Part shown: one piece after another, positions 38,201 to 44,862 of the stretch
Layout: each line of letters begins with the position of its first letter
Position numbering within the stretch: the first letter of the stretch is position 1
Assembly: GCA_015520265.1 (NCBI GenBank)
Contig: WAQK01000030.1
Location: 134-64,133 of the forward strand
Length of the DNA: 64,000 nucleotides
Source of the DNA: Pyrodictiaceae archaeon
GTDB lineage: Archaea; Thermoproteota; Thermoprotei_A; Sulfolobales; WAQK01
Direction: 5' to 3'
The notes under the pieces: generated by a model
The model's input: the letters and a program-made list of their open reading frames with translations, nothing else
What the model was told of the DNA's origin: nothing
The model's database searches: none
Program-made: the position numbers and the translations under genes

Positions 38201-38373
38201 GTCTCGAGGGCTGTGCCGACCTCCTCCAGCGTGACCCTGGTCCACTCGATCCTATCGGTGGCAGGTCCGGGTCCAGCCGCTTGCGCGTGAGCTGTTGGTG
38301 CCAACAGCATTATGGGTGTTATTACCATTAGTGCAACTAGTATTATAGATGATAATATCTTGGTACGATTCAC
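35278..38373 (-). CDS. family-5 (OppA/DppA-type) extracellular substrate-binding protein with a Gln-rich repeat stalk and C-terminal membrane anchor
   Basis: 1031 aa with a GTG start preceded by GAGGTG. It has an N-terminal signal/TM (ILSSIILVALMVITPIMLLAPTAHA), a long SBP_bac_5-like body, and a C-terminal 189 aa made of a Q/L/S/T-rich heptad-like repeat region plus a TM (MLIAVILVLQLALLGLTFYF) and KRAA. Confidence 0.9.
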   Translation of the reverse strand: MNRTKILSSIILVALMVITPIMLLAPTAHAQAAGPGPATDRIEWTRVTLEEVGTALETGAIDVYVYGIRARTAQELAGKPGIKLYTAPAGLVDFGLNPAPVYTTTLEGTLDKRLAALQLGVPEAAITYLSHTEDGNTYVELGAHPDYGINPLAFRQIRFALNYLVDRKFIADHIYNGYAIPMYTFLAPADPTYTIIADIVAKYKFEYNPGLAEQMITSVLEAVGAYKIGDKWYYADQPIKLTFIIRIEDERHEIGLLLANELERIGFTIEKQEVTFAIAIRKVYLTNPADFQWHIYTEGWGKGALDRWDMGTINQFGAPWFGWLPGWADPEYWNYKNETIDELGQKIYFGKFNSFDEYVELYRQATELIIQESVRVWVATIQNIYPARAEVQGVTVDLGAGFRSLYFTREVYIPGSDTVKVGHRWAWTATSVWNPFGGFDDVYSVDPMRATYDYMMWFHPFNGEPIPFRADFEVETAGPTGTLEVPSDAVVWDAVNDQWVSVGSGVTATSKVTFDMSKYIGAKWHHGVEITWADVLASWVTSYEIAYDPEKSQLESSIAGPLAPYMDTIKGIRILPDQNKIEIYVDYWHFDPNYIASYAFFGMSNPAELQYVQFYLAFEAKTYALSETRAESEQIPWLSLIIPEHVADVKAAAQAVMTQFPANWFTIGTQSFMTETEWVERLNALINWIDTYGLAWISNGPFKLVYMNTDEQKLILEAFRDPTYPFSPGDWYFGEPVLTKIISVEAVTTVAPGDPIPINVTVTGLPPLHVKFILKDPATGNILVTGEAEEISEGLFRAVIPGEITAGLTEFSVTYELIVLAYSEQVAMPDEYSTLVTITFATTLARLQEQLNQMQQQTQEQLASLQEQFQEQMNQMQQQTQEQLASLQEQLQSQLQQVQEALGESVAQSFQQLSDSIAQLGETFTTAQQQLSNTIAQQFQQLGDTFTSSLQQVSNAIASVDNKVTTVSDTLDTVKTDVTTANSGIQSLGQNLDAFAKKVSDALNTLKMLIAVILVLQLALLGLTFYFKRAA
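35714..35820. repeat. tandem direct repeat, 66-bp period, inside the SBP stalk-coding region
   Basis: The 41-nt string aggcttgccagctgctcctgggtctgctgctgcatctggtt occurs identically at 35714-35754 and 35780-35820. It encodes the repeated peptide NQMQQQTQEQLASLQEQ. Confidence 0.9.
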
Positions 38374-38495
38374 TAATATCCACCTCTGTATCTTGAAAAG
38401 TACAGGGCACTATATTTAAGGTTTTTTCCAACGCTCATTCCATTCCTTTGATAAAGAAATTATTTACCTAAAAAACGGGCGTCATAGTGTATAGG

Positions 38496-38765
38496 TTACC
38501 CGATTAGTTTAACACTAAGTAGAATATTAATACAGGCCCATCGAATCACATTGTTTAACCACCGCCCAACCTCACCAAGTATTCTCTCCGTAGCACTTAT
38601 AAACACCAAAGCCATGCCGGCCAGGGAGAAGCCGAAGGCCAGCAGCATGAGCCAGATGTTCCCCCAGTCCATAGAGACGTAGAGGAGACCGAGGGCAATA
38701 GCCATGAGTACGAAGCCTACCGCAATGTTGCGCCTATACCCTGGAGACAACCAGTCGTTCCCCAC
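38496..38765 (-). CDS. small membrane protein
   Basis: 89-aa ORF with two clear hydrophobic helices (IAVGFVLMAIALGLLYV, IWLMLLAFGFSLAGMALVFI). GC is lower than in the flanking genes. Confidence 0.35.
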   Translation of the reverse strand: MGNDWLSPGYRRNIAVGFVLMAIALGLLYVSMDWGNIWLMLLAFGFSLAGMALVFISATERILGEVGRWLNNVIRWACINILLSVKLIG

Positions 38766-38812
38766 TCCCGATATAAGGCTCGACCAATAATAACCTGTAC
38801 GGAGGCCCAGGT

Positions 38813-39835
38813 GTGAGAGGGTCCAGGCTGGTGGAGATCAGGAGACCGCTACCCCTAACTGGACACGTAGCCTTCGGCATCCTGGACCGAGGCACCAACG
38901 TACTCCAGGTTAGGGTCACCACGCTCTGCCCCCTCAGCTGCATCTTCTGCAGCGTCGACGCCGGGCCCAGGACCCGGATGCGGGCAACAGAATACATTGT
39001 TACAGATATAGAGTGGCTGCAGGAGTGGGTTGCCCGCTTCGCCACCCTCAAGGGCGGGGGCGTCGAGGCCCTCCTGGACGGCGTCGGCGACCCCCTCTCA
39101 CACCCCCGGATAGCGGAGATCGTGGAGGCCTTGAAGAAGATCCCCGGCGTCTCCGCCGTGGCCTTGGAGACCCATGGCTACCACCTCACCAAAAACATGG
39201 TGGACAGGCTATGGGAGGCGGGGTTGGACAGGGTCAACCTCAGCATAGACTCGCTAGACCCGGAGCTGGCCAGAAGACTGGCGAGAACCCCTGGCTACGA
39301 TGTGGCGAGAGTGGTGGAGGCGGCCGAATACCTGGTCAAGGAGACGGAGATAGACCTGCACATAGCGCCGGTCTGGCTCCCCGGGGTTAACGACCGGGAG
39401 ATCGAGCGGATAGTTGAGTGGGGCACCAGGATAGGGGCTGGCAAGCGGTGGCCCCCCTTCGGGATCCAGAAATACGTGGCACACAAGTACGGGAGGAAAC
39501 CCCGAGGGGTCAGAGAGGTTTCCTGGGACGAGTTCTACAGGTGGCTTGACAGGCTGGGCGAGAAGCTGGGGGTGAATCTAAGGCCCCGCAGCGAAGATTT
39601 CGGCATAAGGCCGGCGCCGCGGGTGCCTCCGGCCTTCAACGTAGGCGAACACGTCAAGCTAGACATAGTGTTGCCGGGCTGGCTGAGGGGCGAGGTGATA
39701 GGTGTACCCCTTAGAGGGGCCAAGGTACTGGTAACAGTAGTCGGGGCTTCCAGAATCGGCCTAGAAGTTGGCGACAGGGTGCTAGTGAAAATAACATCTA
39801 ACAAGGACGGCATATATCTCGCAAAACCATACTAG
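38813..39835 (+). CDS. radical SAM protein (archaeal COG2100-like) with a C-terminal OB/TRAM-like domain
   Basis: CxxxCxxC cluster CPLSCIFCS, followed by GDPL and a TIM-like body. The C-terminal roughly 70 aa are beta-rich (VGEHVKLDIVLPGWLRGEVIGVPL...VLVKITS). Confidence 0.75.
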   Translation: MRGSRLVEIRRPLPLTGHVAFGILDRGTNVLQVRVTTLCPLSCIFCSVDAGPRTRMRATEYIVTDIEWLQEWVARFATLKGGGVEALLDGVGDPLSHPRIAEIVEALKKIPGVSAVALETHGYHLTKNMVDRLWEAGLDRVNLSIDSLDPELARRLARTPGYDVARVVEAAEYLVKETEIDLHIAPVWLPGVNDREIERIVEWGTRIGAGKRWPPFGIQKYVAHKYGRKPRGVREVSWDEFYRWLDRLGEKLGVNLRPRSEDFGIRPAPRVPPAFNVGEHVKLDIVLPGWLRGEVIGVPLRGAKVLVTVVGASRIGLEVGDRVLVKITSNKDGIYLAKPY

Positions 39836-40148
39836 GGGTTCAGGCTTCATCGTTGCTTCTGAAGGCTTTAACCTTTCCCGGGACTCGCTCATAACTACTA
39901 TACATCCGCCCTGCGCACTCCCGAAGAGCGTGCCTCTCCTGTACATACTGAGGGCTCCATCCAACGGCTCTCATCGCCTAACCCACCGAGTTTGTCCAAG
40001 CACCAAATACAGGAAACCCCATAAAACTTTACAGAGGATGAAAGATGACTAAAAAGTCCGGAAAGTATAGAAATTTCCAACAGTGGTGCAACCTATAATA
40101 GGAGGCCACACCCTATAGTATCGATAAAGTGTTGAGGCACGATCTGCT

Positions 40149-40538
40149 ATGAAACTCCCCGATGAGTGGGTGGAAAAGGCACAAACCTTTCTAAGGGACG
40201 CTCACCGCCACCTCGAAGAGGGCGACTACTGGTTAACATGCTTTGAGGCACAGCAAGCGGCTGAACTCTACTTGAAAGCTCTAATAGTAGCCGAAACCGG
40301 TGTCCACCCCTTCACCCATGATCTTGTTGAGCTCCTGGATACCCTAAACGATATTGGTTACAGTGTTCCCGAGCAACTCTATACGCTATGTGACGCTTTG
40401 ACGCCTCACTACACTCTGGCCAGGTACCCTGGCAGGAAACCGGTAACTTATACTAAGGGGCTGGGTGAGAGGTGCTTGAAGTATGCAGAAGAAGTCGTTA
40501 GGTGGGTTGAGGAAAAGGCTTCTGAAGCGCTTAGCTGA
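40149..40538 (+). CDS. HEPN domain protein
   Basis: 129 aa. The helical pattern FEAQQAAELYLKALI...HDLVELL...LARYPG is the HEPN pattern. It lies directly upstream of, and overlaps, an MNT gene. Confidence 0.8.
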   Translation: MKLPDEWVEKAQTFLRDAHRHLEEGDYWLTCFEAQQAAELYLKALIVAETGVHPFTHDLVELLDTLNDIGYSVPEQLYTLCDALTPHYTLARYPGRKPVTYTKGLGERCLKYAEEVVRWVEEKASEALS

Positions 40539-40989
40539 GAAGAAGAGGAAGAGGAAACAGCTACTAGAGGAGTATGTTAGGATTCTGAGCAACATGTACC
40601 CTAAGTCCCTTATACTTCTCTTCGGCTCACGTTCACGGGGCGAGGAGCTACCCTACAGCGACTATGATCTCGCAGTGGTCCTAGAGGAGATTAACGACTA
40701 TATAGAAGAAACCCATAGGATGCGTCTTCTAAAACCTCGGGGTATAAGTGTAGATCTATTAGCGTTGACGGTCAGGGACCTTGAGGATCCCCTAATCTTC
40801 AAGATGCTTCAAGACGCCATCCCCATCTACAACGGCCTAAACCTAGGCTGGCCTCCAGGGAGGCGTGCTCCTCCGAAAAAAAAAGTAGCCAGTAGGCCAG
40901 TCTACTGTACAATTAGCTTGCATCCACCCCTTCTCTTAGCCTTTCTCAAGAGCTTAGCTGCAAGCCTCCTGCCCGGAGTGCCCATATAG
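40483..40989 (+). CDS. minimal nucleotidyltransferase (MNT) domain protein, partner of the HEPN gene
   Basis: Pol-beta-type NTase motif LLFGSRSRGEELPYSDYDLAVV. The start is uncertain and the ORF overlaps HEPN by 56 nt. The C-terminal 35 aa after an A9 run look non-native and overlap the convergent gene. Confidence 0.7.
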   Translation: MQKKSLGGLRKRLLKRLAEKKRKRKQLLEEYVRILSNMYPKSLILLFGSRSRGEELPYSDYDLAVVLEEINDYIEETHRMRLLKPRGISVDLLALTVRDLEDPLIFKMLQDAIPIYNGLNLGWPPGRRAPPKKKVASRPVYCTISLHPPLLLAFLKSLAASLLPGVPI

Positions 40990-41327
40990 GCTTCCCTGCG
41001 GCCTGAGGCTGGAAGACCTACATGCGCTTTGACAGCAACTATCGATATGCAGGCACCGAGCCTTTTCACCTCCTCCAGTATCCTGCGCAGGTCATCTTCC
41101 AGTTCCTCCGGGGAGACCCCTGGAACCTCCAACACCACTTCCTCGGTTCCCCGCTTGGGATCAAGGCCGTAGAGCACCAGGGCGCTCCACTTGGAGACGA
41201 ACTCCTCCACAAGTCTGGTGAGGGTCCCGGTGACAGGGTTGGGGCTATACTCGCTCCACCCCTTCTCCCTCACCATGTCGCCGAACCGGTCCAGGTCCAT
41301 GATCACGATAGTGCCTTCGACCAGCAT
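40902..41327 (-). CDS. minimal palm-domain protein (GGDEF / GTP cyclohydrolase III / mCpol-like nucleotide cyclase fold)
   Basis: 141 aa. IVIMDLDRFGD corresponds to the DxDxF metal site, GTEEVVLEVPG sits where GGDEF would be, ISIVAVKA is the following beta-strand, and RRLAAKLLRKAKRRGGCKLIV resembles the ADxALYxAKxxGRNxV tail. The SPNP segment recalls archaeal GCH-III. Confidence 0.55.
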   Translation of the reverse strand: MLVEGTIVIMDLDRFGDMVREKGWSEYSPNPVTGTLTRLVEEFVSKWSALVLYGLDPKRGTEEVVLEVPGVSPEELEDDLRRILEEVKRLGACISIVAVKAHVGLPASGRREAYMGTPGRRLAAKLLRKAKRRGGCKLIVQ

Positions 41328-41370
41328 GCTCCCGATAACTTGAATAACGCCCGGCAGGGATAATTCTTCC

Positions 41371-41427
41371 CGCGATGATGACGTGGGCAGCCAGGGAGTA
41401 GTGACAGGCCTAGTCTCACACTGAGCG
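41371..41427 (+). ncRNA. weak candidate C/D-box sRNA
   Basis: C-box-like AUGAUGA at 41375-41381 and D-box CUGA at 41421-41424. The 57-nt span is typical of archaeal C/D sRNAs. The internal D'/C' boxes are degenerate and the terminal stem is poor. Confidence 0.25.
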
Positions 41428-41717
41428 TTTCTCAGCCCATGTTCACGTGGATGCCTTAGGCATTATGCTAGTCTACCCAATCTGTCTTCGGGAAAGTTTC
41501 CATAATGCAATGCCATGAAAAATACTCTTACCATGGACGGCCTAGAGTTCCTTGGATAGAGATGGTGGATTAATAAAGCTCTTAGTTAGGAGTATGGGAG
41601 CCTGTGAAAGGTGCGGTGCTTCAGGAAGACGAGATGGAAACCCTGGTTACCGTTGGGCCAGGGCACCCTGCCTCCTGTAGCACCATGCCTATCTAGACTA
41701 ATTTATGGAGCCAAAAC

Positions 41718-42278
41718 CTAGTACTCCTCCCTTATGCAGCCTAGCTCTTTTAACTTGTCGTAGATCCTGTAGACAGCTTCTTCGACCTCCTCCTCCCTCT
41801 TGGCGCCCGTGATCACCATTTTGCCGCTACTGAAGACGAGAAGCACGACCCTGGGCTGGGACATCCTGTGGATAAGGCCGGGGAACTGCTCGGGTTCATA
41901 CATGTTGTCCTCGAGGAGGAAGGCGGCCTTCTCTAGGTTCACCTCCACGTTGAGATTGGCCGAAGCGACTATGTTCTGTATCTGGATCTTGGGCCTTCCC
42001 GTTATGATTATGTTGTGCCTTCGGAGGGTCCTGATGATCTTCTTGACCGCCTTGATGAGCTCCTCTGTACTCTTGGCACCTGTGACAACCATTTTACCAG
42101 ACTTGAATATCAGCGCGGTGACCTTGGGGTTCTCAAGCCTCATGATGAGGCCGGGGAACTGGTCGGGGTTGTACTCCACGTACTCGACGCTCCTCTCAAT
42201 GGCGTTAAGGTCAAGCGTCTGGTCAAGGGTAACCGTGGCTACAATGTTCTCTATGCGGTAAACGGGTTTAGATGCCAT
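41718..42278 (-). CDS. tbp: TATA-box binding protein
   Basis: 186 aa from the ATG at 42278 ([16 protein letters not shown]...). It has two TBP repeats with FPGLIMRL / FPGLIHRM and [11 protein letters not shown] / [11 protein letters not shown]. The ORF-track extension to 42575 is Gly/Pro/Arg-rich and is rejected. Confidence 0.95.
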   Translation of the reverse strand: MASKPVYRIENIVATVTLDQTLDLNAIERSVEYVEYNPDQFPGLIMRLENPKVTALIFKSGKMVVTGAKSTEELIKAVKKIIRTLRRHNIIITGRPKIQIQNIVASANLNVEVNLEKAAFLLEDNMYEPEQFPGLIHRMSQPRVVLLVFSSGKMVITGAKREEEVEEAVYRIYDKLKELGCIREEY

Positions 42279-42306
42279 AATGTTATCTCCTCCGCTCATA
42301 CAAGGC

Positions 42307-42314
42307 TTTATAAA
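42307..42314 (-). promoter_or_regulatory. TATA box TTTATAAA upstream of tbp
   Basis: It lies 29-36 nt upstream of the tbp ATG. That spacing fits a near-leaderless crenarchaeal transcript. Confidence 0.5.
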
Positions 42315-42349
42315 CCTAGTATAAAAGGACTTTGCAGCACGCCTAGACG

Positions 42350-43105
42350 CTAAGCCAGCATGTCGCCGAGGAGGCCCAGCTCGGGGAACTCGTAGAGGCC
42401 AACCTCCTCGTCCACGATTATGGGTCTGGCCCGCTCCACCACCCCCATCTCCTTTACTATCGGGGACAGGTATTTGGAGGGATCCAGGCCCACGGGGTTC
42501 CCCGACTGGTAGGCCCCCGCGGCTGGCAGCACAAGGGCCTCCGCCCCGTTCCTGAGGGGCACATGGAGGAAGCAAGGGAACCTGGCAACGACACCTATAG
42601 AGTCCCTCAGGGCTATGCTGGGATGCTCATGCCCCATGATCACAAGGTCCCCCTCACGCATCTCGACCCCCACGTGGCCGTGTATTATCAGTACGTCGCC
42701 CAGGCGGAGGCTGGGCACTATCTCGACGCCATACGCCTCGGCCACGGCGGCCAGGTAGTTGTCATGGTTCCCCCTAACCACCACTACCTCCTCCACCCTC
42801 TCCTTAAGGAAGGAGAACAGGCCGCCAACCTCTGTCCTCTCCTGCCAGGTGAGCCTGGAGAACACGTGTTTAACGTCGCCCGCGATCACTACTCTACTAG
42901 CCCTGGTCTTCTCCAGCGCTTCTCTCAGCAGCCCGACCGCCTTCTCGTACTGGACTCTGGGGAGGTACACGCCCTTCGACGCCATGTCGTCCTCGAAGCC
43001 CAAGTGGAGATCCGCGAGGACCAGTGTACCCGTACCTCTGAGAAGCACAACCGGGAGCCCGGGCACCAGTTCTACTCCAGGCCTTATCTCCACGACCAGT
43101 CCCAC
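42350..43105 (-). CDS. calcineurin-like metallophosphoesterase (archaeal SbcD/ICC-like, TIGR00024-type)
   Basis: Metallophosphatase motifs [29 protein letters not shown] and MGHEHP, in canonical order. Confidence 0.75.
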   Translation of the reverse strand: MGLVVEIRPGVELVPGLPVVLLRGTGTLVLADLHLGFEDDMASKGVYLPRVQYEKAVGLLREALEKTRASRVVIAGDVKHVFSRLTWQERTEVGGLFSFLKERVEEVVVVRGNHDNYLAAVAEAYGVEIVPSLRLGDVLIIHGHVGVEMREGDLVIMGHEHPSIALRDSIGVVARFPCFLHVPLRNGAEALVLPAAGAYQSGNPVGLDPSKYLSPIVKEMGVVERARPIIVDEEVGLYEFPELGLLGDMLA

Positions 43106-43160
43106 CAGTGTGTCGGTTAAAAGTTGTTGAGGAGAGTATAGGAGCCCGGAGCGGCGGGTG

Positions 43161-43279
43161 TGGCGGGCCCGCCGGGATTTGAACCCGGGACCTACGGGTT
43201 TCTCCCCGCACCCTCCTGGTTAAGAGCCTCGGCCAGCAGCCAGGCTGTCCGCCGCTCTACCAGGCTGAGCTACGGGCCC
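43161..43279 (-). tRNA. tRNA-Lys (anticodon CUU) with encoded CCA and two putative 21-nt introns
   Basis: The reverse complement gives GGGCCCGUAGCUCAGCCUGGUAGAGCG... ...GGUCCCGGGUUCAAAUCCCGGCGGGCCCGCCA. It has a 7-bp acceptor, a GCUC/GAGC D-stem and a CCGGG/CCCGG T-stem. Removing 43228-43248 and 43200-43220 yields the anticodon arm GCGGG-CUCUUAA-CCCGU. Confidence 0.8.
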
Positions 43280-43307
43280 TTGCCAGGACGTATCGAGATG
43301 GTGAGGG

Positions 43308-43319
43308 CATAAAAATTTT
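43308..43319 (-). promoter_or_regulatory. A/T-rich TATA-like box upstream of the tRNA
   Basis: The minus strand reads aaaatttttatg, 29-40 nt upstream of the tRNA 5' end at 43279. Confidence 0.35.
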
Positions 43320-43384
43320 GCCTCAATCTCCACCGAACGGAAGGCAACGCATGAAAAAACCATTGTGCCTAAAACCCTTTTCGA

Positions 43385-44398
43385 CTAACGTCTCCTAGCT
43401 CTCCTTATCGCCAGCAGAGCTATTCCGAAGACGGCGACGCTGGCGACTACTAGGTGTATGCCTGTGCCCCCGCCCGGTTGCACAAGCTGCCCACCCACAA
43501 CAGGTCCCACCATGGCGAAGGCTCTTGCAGTGTTGTTCTCCAGCTCGTCCAGCGTGTCCCCTGAGGCGAAAACAGTGTAGAGGGTCCTAGACTGGCCTGG
43601 GGCTAGGGTCCCGAGGTACCAGTCGAACACTACTGCGCCATCAAATGCCGCCTCCGCGGTTCCGTCTGCTCGTATATAATACACTGTTGGTGAGGGAAGC
43701 CCCCTGCTATAGTAGTCATCCCAGTCAAGATCCACGCCCGTGGGGTCGGGCATCACTGCAAGACCCATATATGCCGTCCCCGAAGCTATGGTTGTATTGA
43801 CAAAAGCTACCGCCAGGTTCAGCTCGGGGTGCCTAATGCTGTCGAGTCCCCAGTAGTTGGTGAAGGATGACCACACATCCCAGTCGGTAATCTTCTTGAA
43901 CTCGAGATCCGTTATTGTGTCCGCTCCAAGGTTTTCAATCGTTATCTCTTGGACCACGAATTTGGAGTCCAGCGGGAACATTGTTTTAATGGTTATTCCT
44001 AGGACGCCGTCATTGGTTGTCATCCTGGTCACATGTATGACGGTGTTGTTCCAGATGGTCCAGGAGGTGAGTGGCGTTACACCTGTAAGGGTACCCCAGG
44101 GATCATCGTCGGGGGAGAACCCGGCGCTGTTCGCCCCGTAGAATACGGACCACCCGTCACCCCACCATCCCACAGCGAGCGACTCATACCCTGAACCGAT
44201 AGGATACTGGAACCCTACGCTACCTACAGTCGCATCCTGTATCCCTAGGGCTCCATAGTCGTTCACGCCTATGCGGAGATAGGTGCCGGTAAAGTAGTCG
44301 CCATTATAGTAGGCCGAGACGGCAACTGGAAGTGCGAGAAGCATTACTATGCTGAGCAGCATTAAAATTCTTGTAAATGGTTTGTCTAATGTATTCAC
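43385..44398 (-). CDS. secreted hypothetical protein with a C-terminal membrane anchor
   Basis: 337 aa with an N-terminal signal (ILMLLSIVMLLALPVAVSA), a beta-rich Gly/Thr/Tyr/Trp/Asp-rich body, and a C-terminal TM plus basic tail (IHLVVASVAVFGIALLAIRRARRR). Confidence 0.55.
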   Translation of the reverse strand: MNTLDKPFTRILMLLSIVMLLALPVAVSAYYNGDYFTGTYLRIGVNDYGALGIQDATVGSVGFQYPIGSGYESLAVGWWGDGWSVFYGANSAGFSPDDDPWGTLTGVTPLTSWTIWNNTVIHVTRMTTNDGVLGITIKTMFPLDSKFVVQEITIENLGADTITDLEFKKITDWDVWSSFTNYWGLDSIRHPELNLAVAFVNTTIASGTAYMGLAVMPDPTGVDLDWDDYYSRGLPSPTVYYIRADGTAEAAFDGAVVFDWYLGTLAPGQSRTLYTVFASGDTLDELENNTARAFAMVGPVVGGQLVQPGGGTGIHLVVASVAVFGIALLAIRRARRR

Positions 44399-44615
44399 GG
44401 GTGTCCCCTCAAGCCACTATATGACCTTATTAACCAATTTTTGACTCTACTCTACTATAAGAATTTTGGTTCCTTATACAAATCCGCCCAATACGAGGAC
44501 AAAACAACTGGCACGCGAGGGTTTCAGACTATCGACCCCTCTTCATGGCCTAGGGGCTCCGACTATGTCGGCATCATCATGTCCACCGATACTCTTGGAG
44601 CCTCCCCCTTTATAT

Positions 44616-44822
44616 TCACAGCTCGTAGAGCCTGGCGACAGCCTCTTCCGGAAGCTCCTCCTCCCTGAGCACCGGGTATGTGAGGGGAGGCTCCCGGGTC
44701 TTGGGGCCTACCACGATGTATCTCTCAGGGTCGTCCTCGGGCCTGCTCTTGACAACCCTTACCTTAACATACCAGCCATCGCTCCTGAGCACGTAGGCGT
44801 ACTTGCCGTGCTTGCCACCCAT
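44616..44822 (-). CDS. small hypothetical protein
   Basis: 68-aa ORF with balanced composition (GKYAYVLRSDGWYVKVRVVKSRPEDDPERYIVVGPKT). No family recognised. Confidence 0.35.
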   Translation of the reverse strand: MGGKHGKYAYVLRSDGWYVKVRVVKSRPEDDPERYIVVGPKTREPPLTYPVLREEELPEEAVARLYEL

Positions 44823-44862
44823 GCCTCATCCCCTCAGCGGTTCTGGAGAACTCCTTAATATT

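Noticed and set aside
39836-40148. 313-nt gap before the HEPN gene, examined for a small gene, tRNA or repeat
   Set aside because: Only 60-aa low-quality ORFs are present on the minus strand. I found no cloverleaf, box motifs or repeats. It is noted only as part of the lower-GC islet boundary.
41615-41684. Reading the nested hairpin as an H/ACA sRNA
   Set aside because: No ACA triplet sits at the expected position directly 3' of the lower stem on either strand; the nearest ACA on the minus strand is about 10 nt away. I could not identify a K-turn/K-loop. It is kept only as an unspecified structured element.
41718-42575. 285-aa version of the tbp ORF with a 99-aa N-terminal extension
   Set aside because: The extension ([21 protein letters not shown]...) is Gly/Pro/Arg-rich and overlaps the 3' end of the upstream phosphoesterase gene. 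A canonical 186-aa TBP starts at the ATG at 42278, with a TATA box about 30 nt upstream.
43161-43279. Alternative readings of the tRNA: Ser(GCU), or Lys with anticodon stem CCUGG/CCAGG and a single 13-nt intron
   Set aside because: Those readings leave 8 extra nt between the D-stem and anticodon stem and an unexplained 21-nt 3' segment, and no BHB can be drawn for them. The two-intron model gives a perfect cloverleaf and a full BHB for intron 1.
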